Made by a program: the position numbers and the translations under genes | IMG/VR virus record: IMGVR_UViG_3300019378_000951 | Coordinates: 1-64,000 of that record | DNA from: a virus | Taxonomy: Duplodnaviria > Caudoviricetes | Reading direction: 5' to 3' (one strand) | DNA length: 64,000 nt | The notes under the pieces: model-generated | Seen by the model: only the letters and a program-made list of their open reading frames with translations | What the model was told of the DNA's origin: nothing | Databases searched by the model: none | Shown here: piece after piece, positions 20,044 through 29,704 of the stretch | Position numbering within the stretch: position 1 is the stretch's first letter | How the letters are laid out: every line of letters starts with the position of its first letter

Positions 20044-20529
20044 ATCGTAAGTTATAATGTATAATTTTCCATCTATTCTATCATATGCTCCTTCTTTTCT
20101 AGCAACTCCACCTAAACCTCTCATAGAGAATGCCATTTGCATACCTTGTCTACATAATCCCCTAAAATCATCTCCTGCGTGGGTTCTAGCCGATTCAACT
20201 ACACCTTTAAGTAAATTCCCTTCAAAGTGCATTTCAGTTATTATATGAGATATTCTAGTTTGATCTATGTAAGTTTGTCTCTTAATATCTTCGCTTAGGG
20301 GATGTCCACATTCTCCAACAAGAGTTTTCATTTTAAGTTGTTCTTGTATTCTAGGTGCTTGTATTGCTCCTAATAAAGATGCTTTACTGTATATACGACC
20401 ATTTCTATTTGGAGCTTCTGCTTCTTGTAATATAGTTTCTATTATAGTAACTTCTGCAGTATCTCTTAATATTTTTGGTTTTGCAGTGAAAGCCGATTCA
20501 GATATTAATATACCATCAAATTTTTCCAT
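20044..20529 (-). CDS. Prohead protease (T4 gp21-like), exon 1
   Basis: NRNGRIY, GECGHP, ISHII, FSMRGLG, IITYD. Confidence 0.88.
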
Positions 20530-20571
20530 AATCTTTCTCCCTACTTTCTTTTCTTTTTCTTTTAAATATAA

Positions 20572-20600
20572 TAAATATTTGTTGGAAAAACAATTACATA
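20572..20600. promoter_or_regulatory. Back-to-back divergent AACA-N6-TA late promoters (protease gene versus scaffold/capsid region)
   Basis: Minus-strand site 20572-20583, plus-strand site 20589-20600. Confidence 0.6.
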
Positions 20601-20618
20601 TTAAGACAATAATGCGAG

Positions 20619-21404
20619 GTGATATATTTGGATAAACGTTATAATTATTATGTAAGACCATACTTAGAAGAGAGTATGTTAGAAAAAATAAAAAGAATAA
20701 CACTTAATATAATCAAATCAGTAGTTAAATTCGTTACCGACATATGGAGTAAAATAATTAAAAAAATAAATGAATTAAAAGAAAGATTTAAAAATAACCC
20801 ACAAGTTCAATCATTATTAAATAAAATTAATAATAGTCGTATAATGCAAACTATTAATATTGCAAAACGTAATAAATTAAAAGTAGAAAGATCTAATTTA
20901 GCAGAAGAAGTAAATAAATGCAAAGAAGAAGTTGAAGGAGCTAGGAAAGTTCAAGAAGAAGAAGTTGAAAATGCTAAAAATATATTCAGTAAAATTAAGG
21001 AGTCAATGTCAAAAGATAAAAATGACCAATCTAATGAAAAAGAAGTGGTGGATAGAAAAAAAATTAAAATTACTGATAAGTTTATTGATAGTGTTAAAGA
21101 AGGTAACACACGAAGAGTTAAAATTATGATAAAAGATTCATTAATATTAGACCCTACTTTTGAACAAGTTAACGGTATGTTAAAAATATGTCAACACTAT
21201 AATATGCAACTTTTTAAAAATACTAGTCCCCATATGCAAAAAACAATTGAGAAAAATGCTAATTGGAAAAACTATGACGAAAAAGAACTAGGAGATTATA
21301 TGAATAGGCTTCTAGTTCAATGTGTTGATGACTGTTCAGTAGAACAATTTAATTACGTAAAACAAGTAGTTCAAAAATATTATAAAGATAAAGGTGTGAT
21401 ATAA
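20619..21404 (+). CDS. Putative internal head protein
   Basis: YLEES motif followed by an amphipathic basic helix; head gene cluster. Confidence 0.55.
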   Translation: MIYLDKRYNYYVRPYLEESMLEKIKRITLNIIKSVVKFVTDIWSKIIKKINELKERFKNNPQVQSLLNKINNSRIMQTINIAKRNKLKVERSNLAEEVNKCKEEVEGARKVQEEEVENAKNIFSKIKESMSKDKNDQSNEKEVVDRKKIKITDKFIDSVKEGNTRRVKIMIKDSLILDPTFEQVNGMLKICQHYNMQLFKNTSPHMQKTIEKNANWKNYDEKELGDYMNRLLVQCVDDCSVEQFNYVKQVVQKYYKDKGVI

Positions 21405-22136
21405 ATGAGCATATGGGATGATCTTTATATTATTAACGAAGCAAAATCTGCAAAACAACTCGTTGCAGAGATGTCTCAAGAAATAAACATGAAACCAAAA
21501 AAAGAAATTAAAGGAAACAAAACATCGGATAAAGATATTGAGAATTCCGATGATGAATTAATACCTAGTACAAATGAATTCGATGAAACTAATGATGAAA
21601 CTGTTGATGATAATGGTGATGGCGAAGTTAGTGACAGTGAAGCAATTGATAATATTGATGATGAATTGAATGACGCTGATGCTGATTTTGAAGAGCCTGT
21701 TGAAGATGAAGAAGATGATTTTTCTGATATCGAAACTGAATTAGGAGACGAAGAAATAAGCGATGAAGATTTAGACGGAGTTGATATGGATGATGAGTTA
21801 GCAAATTCTGATTCTATGATGGGAGACGAAGGATTAGACGACGGAGCTATAGAAGAAACTGATGAAGATAAAGCTAGACACATTCATTTATTATCGTGTG
21901 TAAATCAATTATATGATACTACACTAGCTTTCTCTAAAAAAGTATCATATTTAGACGATTTTCCGTCAGAAAATGTTAACAAATTAATAAGATTGCTTGA
22001 TTTCTATCGTGAATATAAGTTTGATACAGCAAAACCGGAAGATGTCGAAAAAGTTGTTAAGTCATCAACTAAAATACTTAAATCATTAGCTGAACGATAT
22101 CGTAGTTTAATGAAAGCTAATCAAAGTAAAAAGTAA
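21405..22136 (+). CDS. Acidic prohead core/scaffold-like protein
   Basis: Very D/E-rich; directly upstream of the major capsid gene. Confidence 0.6.
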   Translation: MSIWDDLYIINEAKSAKQLVAEMSQEINMKPKKEIKGNKTSDKDIENSDDELIPSTNEFDETNDETVDDNGDGEVSDSEAIDNIDDELNDADADFEEPVEDEEDDFSDIETELGDEEISDEDLDGVDMDDELANSDSMMGDEGLDDGAIEETDEDKARHIHLLSCVNQLYDTTLAFSKKVSYLDDFPSENVNKLIRLLDFYREYKFDTAKPEDVEKVVKSSTKILKSLAERYRSLMKANQSKK

Positions 22137-22177
22137 AACAAAATCATTATTATTTTATTTATAATGTGAAAAAATAT

Positions 22178-22189
22178 AACAAATTTATA
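22178..22189 (+). promoter_or_regulatory. AACA-N6-TA late promoter of major capsid gene
   Basis: aaca-aattta-ta, 80 nt upstream of ATG. Confidence 0.6.
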
Positions 22190-22269
22190 TTCGCATGTAG
22201 TAGGTCATAATGGAGAAAAATAATTCCCATTAACATACATAAAAAAGAGAAAAGGAGAGTATTGATCGC

Positions 22270-24018
22270 ATGTCTACACAATATAGAGAAATGTTTAACG
22301 GAAATATGAATGATGGCTTCAGCAATATTTTACATGAAGCTAGTGACTTCTTTAAGTCTGAGCATAGAATGAATATATTAGGAGAAGGATTCAAAGATGT
22401 AATGACTGATCCTATAGCATTCCAAGATTATGTTGAAAAATTAACTGAAGGATTAAATCCTACTGAAGCTAGACAAATGACTCAATTATTTGAAAATGCT
22501 AAAATGCAAACTTTACATGAGTCTGTTGCAGGTATACAACCTCATGCTTCATTAACAATGCCAGTAATAAGAAAAATGTGGGCTAGAATAGCTTTAAAAT
22601 ATGCTATACCAACTGAACCAGTTAAAGTTCCTGCTTTCTCAGTTGCTTTCACATCACCATATGTTTTACAACCAGATGGAACTAAAAAACCATTACCAGA
22701 ATCTATAAACGCTGTTGGTGGAGGAAGAGCTTCTAGAAAACATGTTGAAAATACAATGATAGGATTTGCTGCTGACGCTGCTGGAGCTGCTGTTGGGCAA
22801 GTTATGGCTAATGGTGCAGGTATGGAAGGATTAGTAGCAGATGGTTCTGTTATAACTTTAATGCCAGATGTTGAAACTTATAGAAGAAATCAATGTGCAT
22901 TCAAAGATCCTCAAAAAATAGACCCAATACACCATAAATTAGATAAAATGACTATGATAGCTAATTTAGTTGTAGATGGAGAAATAGTTCCATTAAACTT
23001 AAAAGCTGACTTATATGGAAGATTATTTGCTGAGAAACCATTATATGGGGCAGACCCAGATGGAGAAGTAAAAGGAAAAGTTATAATAATAGGTAATATA
23101 GATTTCGAAAAATGCTGCGTAATGTTATTCTCTAAAGTAGAAGACGCAGAAGGAAATGTACAAGATAAAGAAGTACAATTCGCTGTTCAAGGTTTCTTCA
23201 CTCATGAAACTCACAATGAATCAGTAAACGTTGCTATAGACATCTTCAAAAGAGATATCGAAATAGGAACTGGAACTCATATAGAAAACAGCTTACAATT
23301 AGAATTCTTACAAGATGCTATGGCTATGTACAATATAGATGGAGCTGCTGAAACTATAGATGTAATGTCTAACGTTATAGCTCAAAAACTAGACATAGAA
23401 ATATATGAATTCTTAGCAGATAGCTTCACTAGAACTCAATATGCTGGAGGAGCTGCTTTCCAAGGACAATTTAACTTACAACCATCTATAGGATACAATG
23501 GAAGTCCTAAAGACTGGAGAGAAGAATTAAAAGTTGTTATAGATTACTTTGCATTAAAAATGAAATCTACTAAATTCTTCTACAATGGATATTTTGCTAT
23601 AATAGGTAACCCTCTTGATACTATGTTATTACCAAATGTATCTTGGACTTTCTCAGGAATACAAGAAGAACAAAACGGAGTTGAAGTTGAATACTCTGTA
23701 GGAGCTATGTCAGGATCTCAAAGATATACTGTAGTTGCTTCTGACTTAATACCACAAGGTGCTTTATTAATGTTCTTCGTACCAACTACTAATAAATACA
23801 TAACTTACAAATATTATCCATATACATTCAACGTAGTACAAGACTACAGAAATGCTTTAATAAATAACGTACCATCTGTTATGATGACTAAACGTCACAC
23901 TATAGAAGAATTCACTCCATTAATCTGTAAAATAGATATAATAGGTAACGATGGACATGTACCACAATGGGGTACTATGCCTGGATTTGGATTCGATGGA
24001 AACGCTATACAACAATAA
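22270..24018 (+). CDS. Major capsid protein precursor
   Basis: 582 aa; strong high-expression codon bias (TTC/AAC/TAC); N-terminal propeptide with LHE-S; follows protease and scaffold; strong terminator. Confidence 0.8.
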   Translation: MSTQYREMFNGNMNDGFSNILHEASDFFKSEHRMNILGEGFKDVMTDPIAFQDYVEKLTEGLNPTEARQMTQLFENAKMQTLHESVAGIQPHASLTMPVIRKMWARIALKYAIPTEPVKVPAFSVAFTSPYVLQPDGTKKPLPESINAVGGGRASRKHVENTMIGFAADAAGAAVGQVMANGAGMEGLVADGSVITLMPDVETYRRNQCAFKDPQKIDPIHHKLDKMTMIANLVVDGEIVPLNLKADLYGRLFAEKPLYGADPDGEVKGKVIIIGNIDFEKCCVMLFSKVEDAEGNVQDKEVQFAVQGFFTHETHNESVNVAIDIFKRDIEIGTGTHIENSLQLEFLQDAMAMYNIDGAAETIDVMSNVIAQKLDIEIYEFLADSFTRTQYAGGAAFQGQFNLQPSIGYNGSPKDWREELKVVIDYFALKMKSTKFFYNGYFAIIGNPLDTMLLPNVSWTFSGIQEEQNGVEVEYSVGAMSGSQRYTVVASDLIPQGALLMFFVPTTNKYITYKYYPYTFNVVQDYRNALINNVPSVMMTKRHTIEEFTPLICKIDIIGNDGHVPQWGTMPGFGFDGNAIQQ

Positions 24019-24049
24019 TCAAAAAAATAATTAAAAATTTATATAGATT

Positions 24050-24083
24050 AAAGTAGAATACTCCTACGGGAGTATTCTACTTT
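24050..24083. terminator. Strong terminator with C(UACG)G tetraloop
   Basis: aaagtagaatactcc-tacg-ggagtattctacttt. Confidence 0.85.
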
Positions 24084-24086
24084 TTA

Positions 24087-24476
24087 TTATATTAAATTAA
24101 GAATTATAGTTTTATTAAATTCTTCAATAAGTTCTTCTTTTAGACTTTCAGGAAGTTCTTTAAAATATACAGGGTCGTCACTTTTGTAACTTTGTACGTA
24201 TCCAAACTTATCTTCATATAAAAACCAAGATACTACAATATCGTTAATATCTTCTTTAGTTATATATCCATGTAATGCTTTATACAATAAATCTTTATTA
24301 AAATTTCGGCATGTTCTTTCTTCAATACATATACCTTCTGAATATCTAATGTTGCCATTTTCGTCTAAGAAATAAAGTTTCTTATCAAAATATACGCGAA
24401 CACAATCATTTCCTTGACCTACATCTGTATAAACATCAGAAATACTTATATTATACATCAAATTAACAAAAGCCAT
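24087..24476 (-). CDS. Small protein with C-terminal-tag-like helix
   Basis: Ends KTIILNLI. Confidence 0.65.
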   Translation of the reverse strand: MAFVNLMYNISISDVYTDVGQGNDCVRVYFDKKLYFLDENGNIRYSEGICIEERTCRNFNKDLLYKALHGYITKEDINDIVVSWFLYEDKFGYVQSYKSDDPVYFKELPESLKEELIEEFNKTIILNLI

Positions 24477-24518
24477 AATTACCTCCATAAATTTAATTAT
24501 ATTAAGGAGTACAAATTT

Positions 24519-24908
24519 TTATATTAAATAGTCTATTAATGCTAATTGTATCATTTTAATTAAATCTGATTTAATATTATTATCTATGATATCAGCTAAT
24601 TTGTAATTGTAGAGATTTTCATTATCTTCATAAATAACTAATTTATTAAAGTCATCGTCTATAGCTGAACCAGTTAATAGTCTATCAATTAAATTATGAA
24701 CTTCTTCTTTTGTACCATAGTGTCCACAATATCTACTTACATCAATACGATCTGTCGTTATTAAATCTGGGAACTTTGTATTATCGTTGACAAAAACATA
24801 TAGTGGTGCATTAAATTTAATACTTAATGTTGTATATACTCCTTTAAAGTCTTTTACTTCAATTTTACAAACTTCAATTTTACCATTATAATTTAATTTA
24901 TATTCCAT
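24519..24908 (-). CDS. Small protein with C-terminal tag
   Basis: Ends LALIDYLI. Confidence 0.65.
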   Translation of the reverse strand: MEYKLNYNGKIEVCKIEVKDFKGVYTTLSIKFNAPLYVFVNDNTKFPDLITTDRIDVSRYCGHYGTKEEVHNLIDRLLTGSAIDDDFNKLVIYEDNENLYNYKLADIIDNNIKSDLIKMIQLALIDYLI

Positions 24909-24938
24909 AATATATACCTCCAAATTTAATTTAATTTT

Positions 24939-25433
24939 TTAGTCTAACACATATACATCTATATCTTGAAATCCCCATTCCATACATTTATCATAATCAT
25001 TCATGTATATATCTATACGATTTCCTTTTATTGCACTACCACAATCTTCTGCTATAAATGTTCTATTAAGCTTTGGTATATATACTTTTGATCCATATGG
25101 TATAACTGTAGGATCTACTGCTATTGTAATGCCTTCTACTGGAATAGTATCTGTAAAAGTTATTGTATCTTCGCAATATGCTGTTGCTCCAACTCTTATA
25201 CGAGTTCCATTAATTTTTGGAATTTGTGAGGAGTATCTACAATTATGATCATGAATGTCTATTATATCTTCATTCCTTTCTTCTGTTAGTTGTTGCATTA
25301 TTATTGATCGGTTTGTTGTACTATCAGCATATACCTTTCCAACACTATCGTGAAATACCATACATAAAGATATAACTATTCCTATTATCATACTTAATAC
25401 TTTTTTTGATTTAACATATTTAACTAAAGTCAT
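24939..25433 (-). CDS. Exported 3D-domain protein (cell-wall binding, lytic transglycosylase-like)
   Basis: ATAY, IAVDP..IPYGS, AEDCGSAIKGNRIDIY; N-terminal TM segment. Confidence 0.85.
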   Translation of the reverse strand: MTLVKYVKSKKVLSMIIGIVISLCMVFHDSVGKVYADSTTNRSIIMQQLTEERNEDIIDIHDHNCRYSSQIPKINGTRIRVGATAYCEDTITFTDTIPVEGITIAVDPTVIPYGSKVYIPKLNRTFIAEDCGSAIKGNRIDIYMNDYDKCMEWGFQDIDVYVLD

Positions 25434-25506
25434 GTCAATTCCCCCTAATTTAATTTGATGATTTTTTTTATAGTGGATCATAGAAAAACATTAGGATTTT
25501 ATAATC

Positions 25507-25902
25507 CTAATGTTTTCTTCTATAATTAGATAAACTAACTACATTATTATATTCTGAATAATCTTCTTCTTTACTTCCAAACATTTTTTCATATTCTTCT
25601 GGAAATTCAGATTTATATAATTCTAAATCTTCTTTTAGTTCATTTAATTCTTTTATAGATTTGTCTATATACTCATTTATGTTTGAGTATTTTTCTTTTT
25701 CTTGTTGTTTCTTTTCTTCTATAGCTTTATCTATTCTTTCGTTTAATTTGTCTAAATATTCATTTATAAGTTTAGTATCGTCATTATAATTTTCTATAGT
25801 TTTTTCTAAAAATTGAGTTTGTCTTTGAGCTAGTTCTACATATTCTTGACCTACAGTTCTTCTTTCTTTTTTCACAAATAAATTTTTTATTGATTTTAAC
25901 AT
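25507..25902 (-). CDS. Hypothetical coiled-coil protein
   Basis: ORF with RBS; ends NVVSLSNYRRKH. Confidence 0.6.
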   Translation of the reverse strand: MLKSIKNLFVKKERRTVGQEYVELAQRQTQFLEKTIENYNDDTKLINEYLDKLNERIDKAIEEKKQQEKEKYSNINEYIDKSIKELNELKEDLELYKSEFPEEYEKMFGSKEEDYSEYNNVVSLSNYRRKH

Positions 25903-26116
25903 AATATATACCTCCAATATTTTATTTTAAACCACAAATATAGTATACATTTAAAATATTGATAGATACGGGTGAGTTAAAATACGGAACATAGAAAAAA
26001 TGAAACGGCTTTAATCAGACGTTTCATTTATATTATTACTAGTTACCAAAAGCAGCCATAGCCATTTCTATAACTTCAACATTTTTTTTATATTATTCAT
26101 ACAAGTCCCTCCAAAT

Positions 26117-26569
26117 TTAATTAAATTTTTTTCTTAACATTTCATATTCATTTTGCATCTTTCTAAATTGATCTATATTACCACCTTTATCGGGATGTAA
26201 TTCCATACATAGTTGTCTATGTCTTTTCTTTAATTGATCTTTATTAGTACATCCACTAAAATAACTAGAACTTGTGTTAGTTTTAGTATACGTTCTATTA
26301 TAATTAGTATTCTGTTTATATGAGTTCTCATTTCTTTGTTTGTATTCTTTATACTGTTCATAACTCTTTTGTTGTTTCTTTCCTGTTTTCTTGTTTGTAA
26401 TTTCCTGACACCATCCTACAATCCAACATATGAATAAGAATATCCCTATGCAGAAAAATGGATGACTTATTACAAATGCAAAACCTGCTAATGTCAATAT
26501 TAAAGATAAAAATGTTTTAGGATGTTTGAACAGAAAGTATATAATAAATAAACTTATTAATAATCTCAT
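26117..26569 (-). CDS. Membrane-anchored J-domain protein
   Basis: N-terminal TM helices; LKKRHRQLCMELHPDKGG with HPD motif. Confidence 0.8.
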   Translation of the reverse strand: MRLLISLFIIYFLFKHPKTFLSLILTLAGFAFVISHPFFCIGIFLFICWIVGWCQEITNKKTGKKQQKSYEQYKEYKQRNENSYKQNTNYNRTYTKTNTSSSYFSGCTNKDQLKKRHRQLCMELHPDKGGNIDQFRKMQNEYEMLRKKFN

Positions 26570-26649
26570 ATTAATTCTCCATTTTAACTAAAAAATAAAA
26601 GAGATAGTGTTTTAAACACTATCTCTTTTTTATTACTTTAATTTTAAAT

Positions 26650-26964
26650 TTATAAATTTGTACCTAGCTTGATGTATTCAATTTCTTCTCTTAATTCTAC
26701 AATTCTTTCTTGTAAATATCTAATTTCGTCTTCTTTATCTTCTATCTCATTTTGAACTCTTTCAATTTTCTCTTGTTTCTCTTTATCTTCAAAGACTTTA
26801 GTTAATTCTTCTTCATTATCTTTAAATTCACAATATGAAGCGTTAGGATTACATAATGCATAATCCCATCCATCATCTCTTAATGTACATGCGTTATAAG
26901 TTTGCCAACTGTCTTTAGCATATATATCTTCTAATCTATATGGGCATTTTCTATAATTACACAT
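26650..26964 (-). CDS. Hypothetical protein (Cys-rich plus coiled coil)
   Basis: ORF with RBS GAGGGG. Confidence 0.6.
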   Translation of the reverse strand: MCNYRKCPYRLEDIYAKDSWQTYNACTLRDDGWDYALCNPNASYCEFKDNEEELTKVFEDKEKQEKIERVQNEIEDKEDEIRYLQERIVELREEIEYIKLGTNL

Positions 26965-26983
26965 AAATTTTACCCCCTCAAAT

Positions 26984-27238
26984 TTAATTTTTATTCTTTA
27001 ATTCAAGATAATTAAAATCTTCATTATTGATATAATTAACTATATTATCATGCCCTCTTATTCCAAGATAATTTTCTATCTCATCTTCAAACACTCCTAC
27101 ATCAAACATGTATCCTTTTTTATATGCCTTCATATAACTATAAAGAGCGTCAGCTATCTCATAATATTCTCTTTCTTCACATATAAATTCAATTTTACCA
27201 AAAGCTAATCTTTCTTTATAATTTAATGCATTTTCCAT
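26984..27238 (-). CDS. Hypothetical protein
   Basis: ORF with RBS. Confidence 0.6.
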   Translation of the reverse strand: MENALNYKERLAFGKIEFICEEREYYEIADALYSYMKAYKKGYMFDVGVFEDEIENYLGIRGHDNIVNYINNEDFNYLELKNKN

Positions 27239-27450
27239 ATAAATTACCCCCTCAAATTTAAATTAATTTTCTTCTTTTTCTTTTTTATATTGTTCATATA
27301 ATTCTTCTAATTTGTCATCAGCATCTGAAGCAGCTTTGCATAATGTAAGAATTATAAAAGTGTAGACTACACAAAAAGTACTACCGAATAAAAATAATTT
27401 CATCATATATAAATACCCCCTCATTTAAATTTAATTAGAATAGATAGAGA

Positions 27451-27837
27451 TTAGTCTCTATCTATTCTAAGTCGAACATCTGTTACTTCTATTCTAGTTG
27501 TATAGTCATCATAATCTCCTACAAAAATTCGTATTCTTCCAAAAGAATCAGGTTCTACCTCTTCAATATATTCACTATACTGACGTATAACATTTCCTTG
27601 TTCATCTAGCATATTAAGGTTAATTACAATGTCTTCAAGTTCTCTAGCCGTATCATTATAAAACATACTTTCAACATATTGACCATCTAAACTTAATTGC
27701 CAATCAATCTCTGTTTTAATTTGTGTTATCATATATTCTTTATCTCTCATATCTTGTTTGGCTTGAAGGAAACTCATTAAAAATATAAAACCGAAAAGTG
27801 TACCATATAACATTACAGAACATATAATTTTTTTCAT
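27451..27837 (-). CDS. Membrane-anchored hypothetical protein (Ig-like/FxLYD-like)
   Basis: N-terminal TM segment; N.T...INLNMLDEQGNVI pattern. Confidence 0.5.
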   Translation of the reverse strand: MKKIICSVMLYGTLFGFIFLMSFLQAKQDMRDKEYMITQIKTEIDWQLSLDGQYVESMFYNDTARELEDIVINLNMLDEQGNVIRQYSEYIEEVEPDSFGRIRIFVGDYDDYTTRIEVTDVRLRIDRD

Positions 27838-27865
27838 AAATATACCTCCTGAAATTTTATATAAA

Positions 27866-28090
27866 TTAATTACTTTTCTTTTTATATCTCGTATTGTACT
27901 TTTCAAATAATCTTTTCTTATTCCAACACCATGCTAAAGCAAAAGGTCCAAATAATAAACCACCAACTATATAGTATTCTGGAACTATATCAATTTTGTC
28001 TCTATTAGATTTCACTGTTTTAGCATATACATAACTTAGAACTGAGCATATTATTGGATAAATTAATTTAGATAGTGTAAATGTCATCAT
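27866..28090 (-). CDS. Small membrane protein (paralog of 28696-28881)
   Basis: IDIVPEYYIVGGLLFG...WCWNKKR. Confidence 0.7.
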   Translation of the reverse strand: MMTFTLSKLIYPIICSVLSYVYAKTVKSNRDKIDIVPEYYIVGGLLFGPFALAWCWNKKRLFEKYNTRYKKKSN

Positions 28091-28095
28091 ATAAA

Positions 28096-28374
28096 TTACT
28101 CTCCTTTTTTAATATAATTTTCTTTTTTAATCATACAAAATATAATAGGTGTTAAACCTAATAACTCAGTTAATGCAAAACTAGGGCTAAAACCAAAAAG
28201 TATAATTCCATATATAGGCATAAATACAAATATAGCTGATATTAAAGCATAAAATACTGGTACTATTCTAATTCCAGGATAATCTTTCTTAATAGATTTT
28301 GAAACAACGAAAGATGCTATTACTGTAATTATAGGTATTATAAAATTTAACATCATACCAAATAATAAATCCAT
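28096..28374 (-). CDS. Small membrane protein (distant paralog)
   Basis: YPGIRIVPVFY; three hydrophobic segments. Confidence 0.6.
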   Translation of the reverse strand: MDLLFGMMLNFIIPIITVIASFVVSKSIKKDYPGIRIVPVFYALISAIFVFMPIYGIILFGFSPSFALTELLGLTPIIFCMIKKENYIKKGE

Positions 28375-28452
28375 AAATATATACCTCCTAATATTATAAT
28401 TTATAAAATATAAGGGATATTGTTTATTAACAATATCCCTTAAATAATTAAA

Positions 28453-28674
28453 TTACTTTCTTTTCTTTTTGTCAACTTTAACTTTCTTAGTTACAGTTAC
28501 AAATTCATAATCCCCTTGTTTTCTTTCATGAACTATTCCTTTTTCCATTTCTTCTTTTATCATATCTCTAACTTGTAATATCTCTGAAATTTTCATAGTT
28601 TCTAATTTTCTTTTAGTTTGAGGGTCTCTAAATACTCCTACTTCATGTAATTCTTTAATTAATTTAGCTTTCAT
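28453..28674 (-). CDS. Small basic protein, possibly FbpA-like
   Basis: LIKELHEVGVF...KLETMKISEI pattern. Confidence 0.4.
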   Translation of the reverse strand: MKAKLIKELHEVGVFRDPQTKRKLETMKISEILQVRDMIKEEMEKGIVHERKQGDYEFVTVTKKVKVDKKKRK

Positions 28675-28695
28675 AATTAATTACCTCCTAATAAA

Positions 28696-28881
28696 TTAAT
28701 TGTACTTGTTAAATACACGTTTTTTATTCCAACACCAAATAAATGAAAATACACCGAATAGAAATCCTCCGGCTATATATAAAACAGGATTTATGTCAAT
28801 TTCAGGATACTTGTTTTTAGTATCATTAGCATAATAATAACAAAAAGCCATCCAAAATACTGTATATAAAATTTCTATCAT
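28696..28881 (-). CDS. Small membrane protein
   Basis: YPEIDINPVLYIAGGFLFG...WCWNKKR. Confidence 0.7.
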   Translation of the reverse strand: MIEILYTVFWMAFCYYYANDTKNKYPEIDINPVLYIAGGFLFGVFSFIWCWNKKRVFNKYN

Positions 28882-29007
28882 AAAATACCTCCTAAAATTA
28901 TAAATTTATGTTACATAAGTTTTAAAAATTTTAATCTAAATAAATAACTACTGCAGCACAAATTAAAATTATGAATATTGATAATATTGAATTCATAAAC
29001 AACCCTC

Positions 29008-29226
29008 CTATACTGAAGCATTTATTGAATCAATTATGAATTCAGAACGTAGATCGTTACACTCTTTAATGTAACGATCTACTTCTTTTATATATTGTCT
29101 AATATATTCTTTTTCATTGTCGCCATATACTATAAATATGTCATTCAGCTTCTGTTGATGTTCCTCATAAAGTCTATTCATTTTGTTTTTATATATAAGA
29201 GTTACAGTTTCTAAAATATTATTCAT
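29008..29226 (-). CDS. Hypothetical protein
   Basis: ORF with RBS and upstream TATATTATA. Confidence 0.55.
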   Translation of the reverse strand: MNNILETVTLIYKNKMNRLYEEHQQKLNDIFIVYGDNEKEYIRQYIKEVDRYIKECNDLRSEFIIDSINASV

Positions 29227-29283
29227 AAATATAATACCCCCTTATATTTTTCTCATATTTATAATATATTACTAAAAATTTAA

Positions 29284-29703
29284 TTAAAAATTATTTATTA
29301 TAATTTCACCGTCTACAATTTTAAGATATACATGCATTTCATCAGGAGTGCCAATTCTGAATTCAAGTTTTTTCATAATTCCTTCTTTATCTAAAACTTT
29401 TCTCCATGCGTCAGATGCATTCAATAATGAGTCTACTACATTATCCCATTCTTCTTCAGCTATATTATCAAATTTATCTTCAGTAAAATGTACGTGTATT
29501 ACGAATCTATCTTCCTCTTCAACAGTACTCATTTCTACATCTCTTAAAGCAGTTCCTGTAAATGCATGCATTAGAGAACCTTCCGCTTCTTGATATAATT
29601 CTTCTAGAGTGGGTTCATGTAATAAATTGTATCCTATAACACCGCCAACAGCCATAAATATAATGCATAATAATGCTACTAATGATTTTAATCTATTTTT
29701 CAT
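29284..29703 (-). CDS. Membrane-anchored hypothetical protein
   Basis: N-terminal TM segment. Confidence 0.6.
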   Translation of the reverse strand: MKNRLKSLVALLCIIFMAVGGVIGYNLLHEPTLEELYQEAEGSLMHAFTGTALRDVEMSTVEEEDRFVIHVHFTEDKFDNIAEEEWDNVVDSLLNASDAWRKVLDKEGIMKKLEFRIGTPDEMHVYLKIVDGEIIINNF

Positions 29704-29704
29704 A

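Noticed and set aside
20530-20703. N-terminal extension of the protease ORF
   Set aside because: Overlaps the divergent gene and promoters; RBS supports ATG at 20529
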